Positions 38,095 to 47,875 of a stretch of 64,000 nucleotides of DNA are shown here, in pieces. The notes below the pieces were generated by a model. The model was not told where the DNA came from, did not search any database, and saw only the letters and a program-made list of their open reading frames with translations. The first letter of the stretch is position 1; the number at the start of each line of letters is the position of its first letter. The DNA is from a virus, in IMG/VR virus record IMGVR_UViG_3300047312_000028, positions 96,001 to 160,000 of that record, one strand, 5' to 3'. Made by a program: the position numbers and the translations under genes.

Positions 38095-38501
38095 TTGATC
38101 TATCTACATTCGCTGAGGTATCCCTCAAATCACCAGATGACTTCTTGAAAGTACGCGAAACGCTTAGCCGCATTGGTGTAGCGTCACGCAAAGACAAGAT
38201 TCTCTACCAGTCTTGTCATATTCTACACAAGCGCGGCAAGTATTATATTTGCCACTTCAAAGAACTCTTCGCCCTCGATGGAAAACTCACCGATATCTCT
38301 TCAAACGACTATGCACGCCGAAATGCGATTGCACGATTGTTGGAAGAATGGGGCCTGGTGACCATTATCAATCCAAGTGTACTTGGTGAAGTTGCACCAT
38401 TACACCAAATCAAAATCATTACCCATAAAGAAAAACACGAATGGCAATTGATTACTAAATACACAATTGGAAAGAAAAGAATCGAAGAACAAAAACAGTA
38501 A
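38091..38501 (+). CDS. regA: Translational repressor RegA
   Basis: DDFLKVRETLSRIGVAS, LYQSCHILHKRGKYYICHFKELFALDG. Confidence 0.97.
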   Translation: MIDLSTFAEVSLKSPDDFLKVRETLSRIGVASRKDKILYQSCHILHKRGKYYICHFKELFALDGKLTDISSNDYARRNAIARLLEEWGLVTIINPSVLGEVAPLHQIKIITHKEKHEWQLITKYTIGKKRIEEQKQ

Positions 38502-38671
38502 CGAATTGGTAATGAAAAATAAATTTCCTAAAAGGTTCAGATTTGGGAAAATGATGACATATATACTCTTATCCGGACCTCTTAAGAATCCTAAATCATT
38601 CCTAATGAGTCTTACGACGAACGAGCAGAGCGAGTGAGGAGTAAACGCCGAAGGCGTCAATAAGGAACCTA

Positions 38672-38947
38672 TTGCCTCTTCATCATATCATTCCAAAACA
38701 CGAGTGGATGGAACGATTTGGAACTCTTCAGGGAGTAAATGCACCTGACAATACCGTTATTCTCACTCTCCACCAACACGCTGAAGTGCATTTGTTATTG
38801 TATGAATTGAATCATAATGAAAACGATTTCATTGCTCATAAAGCAATTGTCGGAATGCTCTTGAAAAGATATCGAGCACAAAAGCGTCACAAACCTCGAC
38901 CCAAGAAACGCAAACCCCGCAATCGATATAGAAGATGGTCACTATGA
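38672..38947 (+). CDS. Short HNH-type protein (homing endonuclease fragment)
   Basis: HHIIPKH...DNTVILTLHQHAEVHLLLY; lacks long DNA-binding extensions. Confidence 0.6.
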   Translation: MPLHHIIPKHEWMERFGTLQGVNAPDNTVILTLHQHAEVHLLLYELNHNENDFIAHKAIVGMLLKRYRAQKRHKPRPKKRKPRNRYRRWSL

Positions 38948-39246
38948 ACAATCATATTCACACCTCAGGTTACATGAGAATTATTTGTGGCACCTGTGGC
39001 GAACCTATGAACTACACCATTGGTTATATTAACGGCATGGGTGTATGTCTGTATTGTTACGATCTTCATAGGATTAGCAAAAACACCATGGAGCTTCCTA
39101 TCAAAAATCTTCGCAGTCGTAAACTACCAGAGAAGCCACAACCAATCAAATGTGAATTGAGCACAGGCGTTATAGGATTAACTAACCCAAATGCGAACAC
39201 TTTTACGGTTCCTACCTTACATTCACAATGGCTGGGTAAACCCTAG
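38944..39246 (+). CDS. Hypothetical Zn-finger protein
   Basis: CGTC...CLYC. Confidence 0.5.
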   Translation: MNNHIHTSGYMRIICGTCGEPMNYTIGYINGMGVCLYCYDLHRISKNTMELPIKNLRSRKLPEKPQPIKCELSTGVIGLTNPNANTFTVPTLHSQWLGKP

Positions 39247-39781
39247 TCACCTCGTTATCATTAAGCATCCTGAATATGGATTCGGACGCTATCATGATGC
39301 CGATACCACCATGCTGTTCGCTATGTTTCAGATATTGGTAGACTTCGTGGAGATTGAGTGTGGTTCGATCTGTGGTCCATATCGATTTGAAACTCGTCTG
39401 CAAAAGATTCACCGAGTCATTACCAATCTACCATTGCTGCATTGGTTGCTTCCTCCGGTGAGAAATAAGCGCCGTGGATTGCATCATTTGCGTTGGGCGA
39501 TGAAGTTGCAAGACTCACCGAGCCAAGCCGCGCACGCCAAGGATGTGTTCGCGTTATATAGATTCTGGACGAAGCAACGACCGAATCGTAAGGGTCCTTG
39601 GGATTGGGCAGAGACATTTGAAGAGATCAAGCGCATACCAAATACTGAAGGCCTTCTTAGTTTCTCACCTGAGTATAGTGCTCGACTTGATGAAGCAAAT
39701 GAACTAGAAGAACTCTACCACCAAGAAGACGAAGCGGCGCTTCTGCTTCTAGTTAAGATAAGGAGAGGATTATGGACCTAA
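39191..39781 (+). CDS. Hypothetical protein
   Basis: 196-aa ORF ending LVKIRRGLWT, coupled to the next gene. Confidence 0.7.
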   Translation: MRTLLRFLPYIHNGWVNPSHLVIIKHPEYGFGRYHDADTTMLFAMFQILVDFVEIECGSICGPYRFETRLQKIHRVITNLPLLHWLLPPVRNKRRGLHHLRWAMKLQDSPSQAAHAKDVFALYRFWTKQRPNRKGPWDWAETFEEIKRIPNTEGLLSFSPEYSARLDEANELEELYHQEDEAALLLLVKIRRGLWT

Positions 39782-40263
39782 ATCAACAGCTTACACCTCA
39801 TTTCACACTACGAGAACTCACACGTTCCGATACAGCGGTTCGATTGGGAATTGACAACACTCCTAACGAAGTGTATTTGAAGAATTTGATTATCGTATGT
39901 GAGAACGTCTTAGAACCAGTTCGAGCACACTTCGGTCCTGTTCGAGTGAATTCTGGATTTAGGGCCCTTGCAGTCAATATGGCAGTCAATCCTATGACGG
40001 CGACTGTCACGACGGTAAGTAAACATTGCACAGGTCAAGCGGCAGACTTTGAAGTAATTGGTGTGTCAAATGTTACACTCGCTGAGTGGTGCCGAGATAA
40101 CCTACCAGACTACGATCAGATCATTCTTGAATTCTATACACCAGGCGATCCAAACTCTGGTTGGGTACATGTTAGTTTTGTTGCAGGTGTCAATCGAAAA
40201 CAATTACTTACGGCCGTGACAGAGAACAAGAAGACGGTCTACAAGCAAGGATTGATAGCATGA
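39772..40263 (+). CDS. Peptidase M15 family endolysin-like Zn peptidase
   Basis: HFTLRELTRS, NSGFR, SKHCTGQAAD, WVHVS. Confidence 0.9.
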   Translation: MDLNQQLTPHFTLRELTRSDTAVRLGIDNTPNEVYLKNLIIVCENVLEPVRAHFGPVRVNSGFRALAVNMAVNPMTATVTTVSKHCTGQAADFEVIGVSNVTLAEWCRDNLPDYDQIILEFYTPGDPNSGWVHVSFVAGVNRKQLLTAVTENKKTVYKQGLIA

Positions 40264-40637
40264 ATCGTGAACAAGCGATGGTACAGGGATTTCATGAAAC
40301 ATTCGACATTGCCCGTGGTGTACGGCCCGACCACGTTAATGACGAAACGAAGACGCTTCGCATTCGATTGATTCAAGAAGAGTTTGATGAAGTTAAAGAA
40401 GCGATGGGTCTTGAAAGTCTTGCTGATATCGCTAAAGAGATGGCAGATTTGTTGTATGTGATTTATGGTACGGCTATCTCCTATGGCATCGATATGGAGC
40501 CTGTGTTTCTTGAAGTGCACCGCTCGAATATGAGCAAAGTGGGTGGTCATAAACGTGAAGATGGAAAGTGGGTGAAACCGGCGACCTACTCTCCGGCAAA
40601 CATTACGCCGATCATTGTGAGTCAACAGTCCATATAG
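40260..40637 (+). CDS. MazG-like/PRA-PH NTP pyrophosphohydrolase
   Basis: LIQEEFDE, KEMADLLYVIYG, EVHRSNMSK, DGKWVKP. Confidence 0.88.
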   Translation: MNREQAMVQGFHETFDIARGVRPDHVNDETKTLRIRLIQEEFDEVKEAMGLESLADIAKEMADLLYVIYGTAISYGIDMEPVFLEVHRSNMSKVGGHKREDGKWVKPATYSPANITPIIVSQQSI

Positions 40638-40648
40638 GAGGTTTTATT

Positions 40649-40978
40649 ATGTCAGATGTTCGTTTAGTGGTTTTGAACAACGGGTTACAGTTAGTCGGTG
40701 TGTTTGAAGGAAAGGACGAGGAGAGTCATTCGATTAAGTTGAGCAGTCCGGTACAGCTTATCATCATCCCTCAGGGACAGGATGCAGCAGGAAAAGGTAA
40801 CCAAGTTGGTATGGCATTCGCTCCGTTTTTGCAATACACTGAAGAATGGAAATCTGGTTTGAAGTTTGTGGTCAGTGATGTACTCACAGTCGCTACTCCG
40901 GTACGCGATCTTGTGAACTCCTATCAGCAATCGTTCGGTACAGGTCTCGTGTTGCCACCTGGCGTTGGGTCGTTATAA
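40649..40978 (+). CDS. Conserved hypothetical (Sm-like) protein upstream of gp43
   Basis: GGAGG SD; VRLVVLNNG, MAFAPF, YQQSFGTGLVLP. Confidence 0.75.
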   Translation: MSDVRLVVLNNGLQLVGVFEGKDEESHSIKLSSPVQLIIIPQGQDAAGKGNQVGMAFAPFLQYTEEWKSGLKFVVSDVLTVATPVRDLVNSYQQSFGTGLVLPPGVGSL

Positions 40979-40981
40979 TCC

Positions 40982-41010
40982 TTTACTTTTGTGATGTGAA
41001 CTGATATAAT
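40982..41010 (+). promoter_or_regulatory. Sigma70-type promoter TTTACT-17-TATAAT for gp43
   Basis: TG extended -10; ATG 6 nt downstream. Confidence 0.7.
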
Positions 41011-41015
41011 ACACA

Positions 41016-43640
41016 ATGAGATTTTACACCAACGTTGCCTGCCAAGGTAACTATATTTACTATCGTGGTATCGATGAAGGACGGAGAGTACGCCTGAAGA
41101 TGGAGTACTCTCCGACTTTGTTTATGCCTTCAAACGCTCCAACTATTAAGGGTCGTGAATACTGGAAAAACTTACAAGGTGAGATTGTTGATGCAAAAGA
41201 ATTCAACAGTATCACTGAGGCGCGTGAGTTTATCAAGTCGTATGAAGATGTTGAAGGGTTTACGATCTACGGTAACTCAAAGTTTGAATACTCATTCATA
41301 GCTGACCAGCATCCAGAAGAATTGATGGAGTGGCAAGCGGAACAAATTGTGACCGCATTCATCGATATCGAAGTCGGCACAGAACATGGCATGCCCGATA
41401 TCAACCTCTGCAACAATCCCATCACGGCTATTACTGTCAAGCTCTCCAACGATCCAAAGTATTATGCGTTTGGGTGTAAAGATTACACACCCCACCGCCC
41501 AGATATACATTGGAACAGAGCGATCAACGAAGTGGATCTATTGAACTCTTTCTTGAGTTTCTGGAATGACAAAGCGCCTGATGTGGTCACAGGATGGAAC
41601 GTCAAGACGTTCGATATTCCATACCTTGTGGGACGTATGGTAGGCCTACCTGAGTTTGGTGAAGATAAAGCACGATGGTTGTCACCGTGGGGACGAGTCA
41701 ATCGACGTGAAGAGACCTTCTATAACAAGCCACAATCAGTCTACCAGTTGCTTGGTATCTCTATTCTCGACTACATGCAGTTATTCAGAAAGTATGCTCC
41801 GAATGCCGCACAGGAAAGCTATAAGCTCGACCATATCGCTCACGTTGAACTGAAAGAGCGCAAGACCGACTACTCTGAATATGAGACACTCCACAACCTC
41901 TATCGTGATAACTACCAGAAGTTTATTGAGTACAACATTCATGACGTAGAACTGGTACAGAAGTTAGATGATAAGGGTAAGTTGATTTCTATGGCGTTCA
42001 CACTCGCCTATGACAACAAGACAAACTATGAAGATTGTTTCTCTCAGGTGCGCATGTGGGACGCGATCTGCTACAATCATTTGAGACGTAAGGGTATCGT
42101 TATACCTCCCAAGAAGCATACCAGTAAAGATCAAGCGTATGAAGGCGCGTATGTGAAAGACCCGCAGCTTGGGTTGCATGAATACATTTGTTCACTCGAC
42201 TTGAACAGTTTGTATCCTCACCTCATGATGCAATACAACATGTCACCCGAGACGATCATTGATCCGAAGCATTACACAGATGCGCATAGAAAGATTCTTC
42301 AAGATGGCGTCAACGTCAACAATCTCTTGTATAAAAAGATCGACCTGAGTTTTCTTGGCGATTCGACTATCACACCTAATGGACAGTTCTTCACCAAGAT
42401 GCAATATGGTTTCTTACCAGAGATCATGCAGAAGATGTACAACGACCGAGTGGTCTACAAGAAGAAGCAGATTGCAGCACAAAAAGAAAAAGAGCAATGC
42501 ACCGATCCTGTGCGCAAGAAAGAGCTTGAAGCGATTATCTCACGATATAAAAATCTTCAGCTTGCAAAGAAGGTCGGTCTGAACTCTGCATATGGTGCCA
42601 TGGGGAATGAGTACTTCAGGTTCTTTGATGTTCGAGTCGCAGAAGGTATCACGCTTGCCGGTCAATTGAGTATTCGTTGGATTGAAAACAAACTCAACGA
42701 ATTTATGAATAAGCTGTTGTCAAGCACCAACGTTGATTATGTGCTGGCAAGCGATACCGACTCGGTCTATCTGAATCTAGGACCTCTGGTCAAGAAGGTG
42801 TACAAAGATACCAGCAACACGGCAAAGATCATCGAATTCATGGATAAGGTATGCCAACAGAAGTTGCAACCATTCATTGATACGAGTTACCAAGAACTCG
42901 CTGATTACACAAATGCCTATGAACAGAAGATGCAGATGAAGCGAGAATCTTTGGTGGATAAAGCGATCTGGACAGCCAAGAAACGCTATATACTGAATGT
43001 CTGGGATCTTGAAGGTGTGAGATACAAAGAACCTGAATTGAAGATCCAGGGGTTGGAAGCAATCAAGTCTTCAACACCGAGCGCCTGCCGAGATAAGATC
43101 AAAGAGGCGATCAAAATTATCATCACAGGCACTGAAGATCAGTTGATAGCATACATCGGTAAGTTCAGAGAAGAATTCAAAGCATTACCGATTTCTGATA
43201 TCGCATTCCCACGAGGGATGAACGGGCTAGGCAAATATACAAACAAAGATGGCAAGCAGAAGTGGGAGACCTCTACGTTTATGTCGTTCGATGCCGGTGC
43301 GCCGAAACTCAGCAGTGCCATCTATATTAGCGGCACTCCCATTCATGTGAAGGGTGCATTGGTATACAATCACTTCTTGAAAGAGATGAAGCTTGATAAG
43401 AATTATGAGACGATTCGAGAGGGTGAAAAAATCAAGTTCGTACATCTGAAACCCCATAACCAGTTTGGTGAATCGGTCATGTCCTTCATTGGACGTATAC
43501 CGAAAGAATTTAAGCTCGAAACGTGTGTGGATTATGATATGCAGTTTGAAAAGAGCTTTGTTGAGCCGCTAAATATCATATTATCTTGCATAGGATGGCA
43601 CTCAGAAAAAACATCTACATTGGAGGATTTCTTCGGATGA
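41016..43640 (+). CDS. gp43: Family B DNA polymerase
   Basis: Exo DIE, DLNSLYP, KVGLNSAYG, SDTDS, KKRY; no intein. Confidence 0.99.
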   Translation: MRFYTNVACQGNYIYYRGIDEGRRVRLKMEYSPTLFMPSNAPTIKGREYWKNLQGEIVDAKEFNSITEAREFIKSYEDVEGFTIYGNSKFEYSFIADQHPEELMEWQAEQIVTAFIDIEVGTEHGMPDINLCNNPITAITVKLSNDPKYYAFGCKDYTPHRPDIHWNRAINEVDLLNSFLSFWNDKAPDVVTGWNVKTFDIPYLVGRMVGLPEFGEDKARWLSPWGRVNRREETFYNKPQSVYQLLGISILDYMQLFRKYAPNAAQESYKLDHIAHVELKERKTDYSEYETLHNLYRDNYQKFIEYNIHDVELVQKLDDKGKLISMAFTLAYDNKTNYEDCFSQVRMWDAICYNHLRRKGIVIPPKKHTSKDQAYEGAYVKDPQLGLHEYICSLDLNSLYPHLMMQYNMSPETIIDPKHYTDAHRKILQDGVNVNNLLYKKIDLSFLGDSTITPNGQFFTKMQYGFLPEIMQKMYNDRVVYKKKQIAAQKEKEQCTDPVRKKELEAIISRYKNLQLAKKVGLNSAYGAMGNEYFRFFDVRVAEGITLAGQLSIRWIENKLNEFMNKLLSSTNVDYVLASDTDSVYLNLGPLVKKVYKDTSNTAKIIEFMDKVCQQKLQPFIDTSYQELADYTNAYEQKMQMKRESLVDKAIWTAKKRYILNVWDLEGVRYKEPELKIQGLEAIKSSTPSACRDKIKEAIKIIITGTEDQLIAYIGKFREEFKALPISDIAFPRGMNGLGKYTNKDGKQKWETSTFMSFDAGAPKLSSAIYISGTPIHVKGALVYNHFLKEMKLDKNYETIREGEKIKFVHLKPHNQFGESVMSFIGRIPKEFKLETCVDYDMQFEKSFVEPLNIILSCIGWHSEKTSTLEDFFG

Positions 43641-43933
43641 CACGCAATGAAGCATTATTAACACAACTCGCTGAAGAAGCTTCCGAAGTCGCACAGGCGG
43701 CAAGTAAGTGCAATCGTTTCGGTGTTGAACATACATGGCACACACATGTCGGTACCGCTGAACGTAGACTCTTCCAAGAGTATGTTGAGGTTGTTGCCGT
43801 AATGGAAATGTGCATCGATGCTGGATTAGTCACACCATACTCAACCGAAGAATACTTTGCTGCCATTAAAGCTAAGAGAGAAAAAGTAGAGAAGTATTTG
43901 AAAGTCTCTATGGAACTAGGGTGTGTACAATGA
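43637..43933 (+). CDS. MazG-like small helical protein
   Basis: QLAEEASEVAQAASKCNRFG. Confidence 0.65.
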   Translation: MTRNEALLTQLAEEASEVAQAASKCNRFGVEHTWHTHVGTAERRLFQEYVEVVAVMEMCIDAGLVTPYSTEEYFAAIKAKREKVEKYLKVSMELGCVQ

Positions 43934-44145
43934 AGCCAGGCTTTCGTGTTGTAGATATGCCTAAACTCAACCACAAAGATAGAGTGGTATGTAAACGATG
44001 CAACACAGAGTATCATGCCGATGAACTCTTGTATGCCTGTCCGCTCAAAGGTCCCAATAACACTCACCTAAGCTGGTATTGTCCTACCCATAATTGTCTC
44101 GGTCGCTTAAACTACGGAGTCTACTACCTCCAAGTATCATGTTGA
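43930..44145 (+). CDS. Small Zn-ribbon hypothetical protein
   Basis: CKRC ... CPTHNC; ATGA coupling. Confidence 0.5.
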   Translation: MKPGFRVVDMPKLNHKDRVVCKRCNTEYHADELLYACPLKGPNNTHLSWYCPTHNCLGRLNYGVYYLQVSC

Positions 44146-44170
44146 TTCATACGTAAAATTCTGCTATAAT
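44142..44170 (+). promoter_or_regulatory. Sigma70-type promoter TTGATT-17-TATAAT
   Basis: TG extended -10; upstream of the RyR gene and uvsX. Confidence 0.7.
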
Positions 44171-44185
44171 GAAAGGATTAGAATA

Positions 44186-44545
44186 ATGTCAAAAATGTTG
44201 CTCACTCACGAACAAATTGCCGAAATGGCGCACGAAAATAACAGAGCGTATTGTCATGCGTTAGGAGATTACTCACAAGCACCTTGGAGACTTCTTTCGG
44301 ATGAACTAAAGACTTCTGCTATTCATGGTGTGGGATTTCATATTGCCAATCCTGATGCAACACCAGAACAGTCGCATGAGAGTTGGATGAAAGAGAAGAC
44401 AGAGAACGGCTGGAAATTTGGTCCAGTGAAAGATTTAGTCAAGAAGGAACATCCGTGTTTTGTTCCGTACGGTCAGTTGCCGCTCGAACAACGAGTTAAA
44501 GATTATCTCTTTACCGCAATAGTAGATACTCTTAAAACTTTCTAA
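44186..44545 (+). CDS. RyR-domain protein
   Basis: HESWMKEKTENGWKFGPVKDLVKKEHPCFVPYGQLP...KD. Confidence 0.88.
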   Translation: MSKMLLTHEQIAEMAHENNRAYCHALGDYSQAPWRLLSDELKTSAIHGVGFHIANPDATPEQSHESWMKEKTENGWKFGPVKDLVKKEHPCFVPYGQLPLEQRVKDYLFTAIVDTLKTF

Positions 44546-44572
44546 GATATCCTCCAGAAAGGTATAATCATA

Positions 44573-45613
44573 ATGAGTCTCATGGATCGAATGAAGAAGA
44601 ACAGCAGCATTAGTATTGCTAGTGTTTTGGACGAGTCAGAAGTCTTCGGTGAACGACAAACAATCCCTACCGAAGTGCCGATTATCAATATTGCATTATC
44701 AGGCTCACTGAAGGGCGGATTGACTTCTGGTGTCACGCAAATTGCAGGTCCCTCAAAACATTTCAAGACTGGTATCGCCCTCTTGCTTATGAGATCGTTC
44801 TTGAATCTCTATCCTAAAGAAGGTGTGATTCTATTCTATGATGCCGAATTCGGAACTCCTCAGTCGTACTTTAAGACGTTTGGCATCGATATGAGCAAAG
44901 TGTTCCACACCCCTATTACAGATGTGGAGCAACTTAAGCACGATATCATGAAGCAACTTGCTGAATTTAAGCGCGGCGAACGAGTCATGATCGTGCTCGA
45001 TTCGGTAGGACAGCTTGCATCATTGAAAGAAGTCGAAGATGCGCTTGAAGGGAAACAAGTCGCAGACATGACCCGCGCCAAGGCGCTGAAGTCATTGTTT
45101 CGCATGATTACTCCTCATTTGCGTATCAAGGATATCCCTTTCGTGGTCGTGAATCATACATACAAAGAAATCGGGATGTTCCCAAAAGACATTCCTGGTG
45201 GTGGTACAGGTAGCTACTTCGCTGCCGATAACATCTGGATCGTTGGTCGCCAGCAAGAGAAAGTTGAAGGGGCGATCACAGGCTTCCACTTTGTCATAAA
45301 CATCGAAAAGTCACGTTATGTGAGAGAGAAATCTAAGCTTTCGTTGTCCGTCATGTTTGGAGAAGGAATTGAACAGTACTCAGGTTTGCTCGAACTGGGA
45401 TTGGAGAGTGGATTTGTTGAGAAGCCCGCACCAGGATGGTATCTCAAGAAGGGTGAAAAGACACGAGTCCGAGAAGCAGACACTAAGACCGCAGCGTTTT
45501 GGAATGATATTCTAAAGGATGAGGCCTTCAATGAATTTGTTAAGAAGAAGTTTGAAGTGGCTTACGGAGAGATTCTGGAAGACTCCAACGAGACCACTAC
45601 AAAAACTAAATGA
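44573..45613 (+). CDS. uvsX: RecA-like recombinase UvsX
   Basis: AGPSKHFKT, FYDAEFG, DSVGQLAS, DMTRAK, VNHTY. Confidence 0.97.
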   Translation: MSLMDRMKKNSSISIASVLDESEVFGERQTIPTEVPIINIALSGSLKGGLTSGVTQIAGPSKHFKTGIALLLMRSFLNLYPKEGVILFYDAEFGTPQSYFKTFGIDMSKVFHTPITDVEQLKHDIMKQLAEFKRGERVMIVLDSVGQLASLKEVEDALEGKQVADMTRAKALKSLFRMITPHLRIKDIPFVVVNHTYKEIGMFPKDIPGGGTGSYFAADNIWIVGRQQEKVEGAITGFHFVINIEKSRYVREKSKLSLSVMFGEGIEQYSGLLELGLESGFVEKPAPGWYLKKGEKTRVREADTKTAAFWNDILKDEAFNEFVKKKFEVAYGEILEDSNETTTKTK

Positions 45614-45923
45614 GGATTATGAGTTTTACGATATCACGGTAGAAGAAGAGTTGGTGAGTGCTGTACGATTATTGACAGAACCATACTCTAAAGTAATTTA
45701 CTACTATGGATATGTAAAGGTAGTCCCAGAAGGTAATCTCAACAAACTCGCCTATCAATATACGCTGTGGGACACAGCCTGTTTCACAAAAGGTCAACTC
45801 ACAGGTTCAGCAGCATTTAATACCCGTATTGGTGATGTGTTGGTATCGATCATTGCGGATGAGCACGGGAAGGGGGAATATGTATCGCCTAGAGTCAACG
45901 ATCCTGAAGAACTTAGTCTATAA
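45519..45923 (+). CDS. gp40: Head vertex assembly chaperone gp40-like
   Basis: Position between uvsX and gp41; YYYGYVKV..L.YQY..IGDVLVSII; start uncertain. Confidence 0.6.
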   Translation: MRPSMNLLRRSLKWLTERFWKTPTRPLQKLNEDYEFYDITVEEELVSAVRLLTEPYSKVIYYYGYVKVVPEGNLNKLAYQYTLWDTACFTKGQLTGSAAFNTRIGDVLVSIIADEHGKGEYVSPRVNDPEELSL

Positions 45924-47277
45924 CGAAACGTACATGAGGAAGGTGATTCCCTTCCTGAAATCAGAATACTTCAAAGAACGCACCGAACGAACGGTGTTCG
46001 ACCAGATTGCCTCTTTCATTGATAAGTATAAAAACCTCCCAACACATGAAGCGTTAGTTATCAACATCACAGAATCGATAGAGTTGAAAGAAGAGCAGGT
46101 AAAAGACGCCATCGATCTACTCAAGCAGATTCATGTGGACCGCAGTGAAGCGACGGACCTAAAGTGGTTGACTGAAGCGACAGAGAAGTTCTGTCAAGAG
46201 TCGGCATTGTATAATGCAGTGCTTGAAGCGGTACAGATCATGGACGACAAAGGCGACAAGAAGAAGCCCAAAGAGTCGATCCCTGATATTCTCACAAGGG
46301 CCCTTGCAGTCACATTTGATCCACATGTCGGGCATGATTACATGCAAGACTCAGAAGCACGATTTGCGTTCTATCACAGTAAAGAAAGAAAGATTCCATT
46401 TGATCTTGAGATGTTCAACAAGATCACCGGTGGTGGGTTCTCAGTTAAAACATTGAACATCTTCTTGGCAGGCACCGGCGTCGGTAAGACGTTGTTGATG
46501 TGTCACTTAGCCGCGGCAGCCCTCACAATGGGGTTCAACGTCCTCTACATTACGCTTGAGATGGCGGAAGAGCGAATAGCTGAACGTATCGATGCAAACC
46601 TCTTAAATGTTGATATTAACACGCTTGAGCAGATCCCAAAAGCGGAATACGATAAGCGATTTGCAGGCTTTCGTAGTAAGACACAAGGCAAGCTGATTAT
46701 CAAGGAGTATGCGACAGCTTCAGCCTCGACGTTACACTTCAAAGCGTTGTTGAATGAATTGTTGCTGAAGAAGACCTTCAAGCCTGATATCATTTTTATT
46801 GACTATATAAACATCTGTGCTAGTTCGCGCATTCGCCAAGGCGGCAATGTCAACAGCTACACATACATAAAAGCTATTGCTGAAGAGCTTCGTGGGTTGG
46901 GTGTTGAATTTGTAGTGCCTGTAGTGTCGGCGACACAGACGACCAGATCGGGGATGGATTCAAGCGATCTTGAAATGACTGACACCTCAGAGTCAATTGG
47001 ATTGCCAGCCACAGCAGACTTCATGGCAGCGATTATCAATAACGAAGAGTTAGAGCAATTGAATCAGTTGATGATAAAACAGTTAAAGAGTCGCTATCAA
47101 GACAAATCTACACGAAAGAAGTTTGTGGTTGGTATCGATAAGAAGAAGATGCGATTATATGATGTGGCGCCGAGTGCGCAAGTGAATATCAGCGATGCAG
47201 GGCCTAAAGAAGAAATGATGCAGAAGCCATTTGAAAAGTCGCGCACCACCAGAGACTTCACTAAGTTTAAGGTATAA
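45880..47277 (+). CDS. gp41: Replicative DNA helicase
   Basis: LAGTGVGKT, ITLEMAEE, LIIKEY, IDYINIC, SATQTTRSG, TSESIGLPATAD. Confidence 0.97.
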   Translation: MYRLESTILKNLVYNETYMRKVIPFLKSEYFKERTERTVFDQIASFIDKYKNLPTHEALVINITESIELKEEQVKDAIDLLKQIHVDRSEATDLKWLTEATEKFCQESALYNAVLEAVQIMDDKGDKKKPKESIPDILTRALAVTFDPHVGHDYMQDSEARFAFYHSKERKIPFDLEMFNKITGGGFSVKTLNIFLAGTGVGKTLLMCHLAAAALTMGFNVLYITLEMAEERIAERIDANLLNVDINTLEQIPKAEYDKRFAGFRSKTQGKLIIKEYATASASTLHFKALLNELLLKKTFKPDIIFIDYINICASSRIRQGGNVNSYTYIKAIAEELRGLGVEFVVPVVSATQTTRSGMDSSDLEMTDTSESIGLPATADFMAAIINNEELEQLNQLMIKQLKSRYQDKSTRKKFVVGIDKKKMRLYDVAPSAQVNISDAGPKEEMMQKPFEKSRTTRDFTKFKV

Positions 47278-47278
47278 C

Positions 47279-47875
47279 ATGCAAATCAGTGAATTACAAT
47301 TACCAGAACAACCATTCTTCCCCTACGTGACCGTGTTTGATGGTGCGTTGCCACGAGCATTTTGCGAACGAATGATTGGTAAGTTTGAAGCCAACGAAGG
47401 GGACGTTCAGCGTCAAACATATCTACGAGGGGTGAGAAACTTCACAGAAATCAATGTGTCTGAGAACTGGCACGATGAACATGAAATCATGGTGCGTTGT
47501 ATTCAATCAGCAACAGCGGCGTATGTGGCCTACCATGGTATCATATACGATGCACAAATTCCTAGACAGTTTGGGTATGAACAGTTCAGAATGAAGCGAT
47601 ATCTCCCCAATGGCATCGATGTATTCAACCAGCACGCCGATGTGGGTAACTATGGTTCAGCACGACGCTTTGTGGCATTTCAATGGTATTTGAATACTGT
47701 AAAAGAAGGTGGAGAGACGGGGTTTGGTAGAAAGGCTGATGAAGCAGTCTTAAAGATTCCAGCAGTAGAAGGACGTTTGCTTGTGTTTCCTCCATTATGG
47801 ACCCATTTACATTGGGGATCAAAAGTAGTCAGCGGACCTAAGTACATTCTAACTGGATATTTACATTACATCTAA
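47279..47875 (+). CDS. 2OG-Fe(II) oxygenase (prolyl-4-hydroxylase-like)
   Basis: HAD, WYLNTVKEGGET, FPPLWTHLH, KY. Confidence 0.9.
   Translation: MQISELQLPEQPFFPYVTVFDGALPRAFCERMIGKFEANEGDVQRQTYLRGVRNFTEINVSENWHDEHEIMVRCIQSATAAYVAYHGIIYDAQIPRQFGYEQFRMKRYLPNGIDVFNQHADVGNYGSARRFVAFQWYLNTVKEGGETGFGRKADEAVLKIPAVEGRLLVFPPLWTHLHWGSKVVSGPKYILTGYLHYI

Noticed and set aside
38596-38637. Canonical active hammerhead ribozyme
   Set aside because: The core has G5A and lacks the A15.1-U16.1 pair, so it is not called as a feature and is only flagged as a variant.
779-47277. Inteins or group I introns in gp17, gp20, gp23, uvsW, gp46, gp43, gp41
   Set aside because: All are contiguous, of normal length, and lack C...HN splice motifs.
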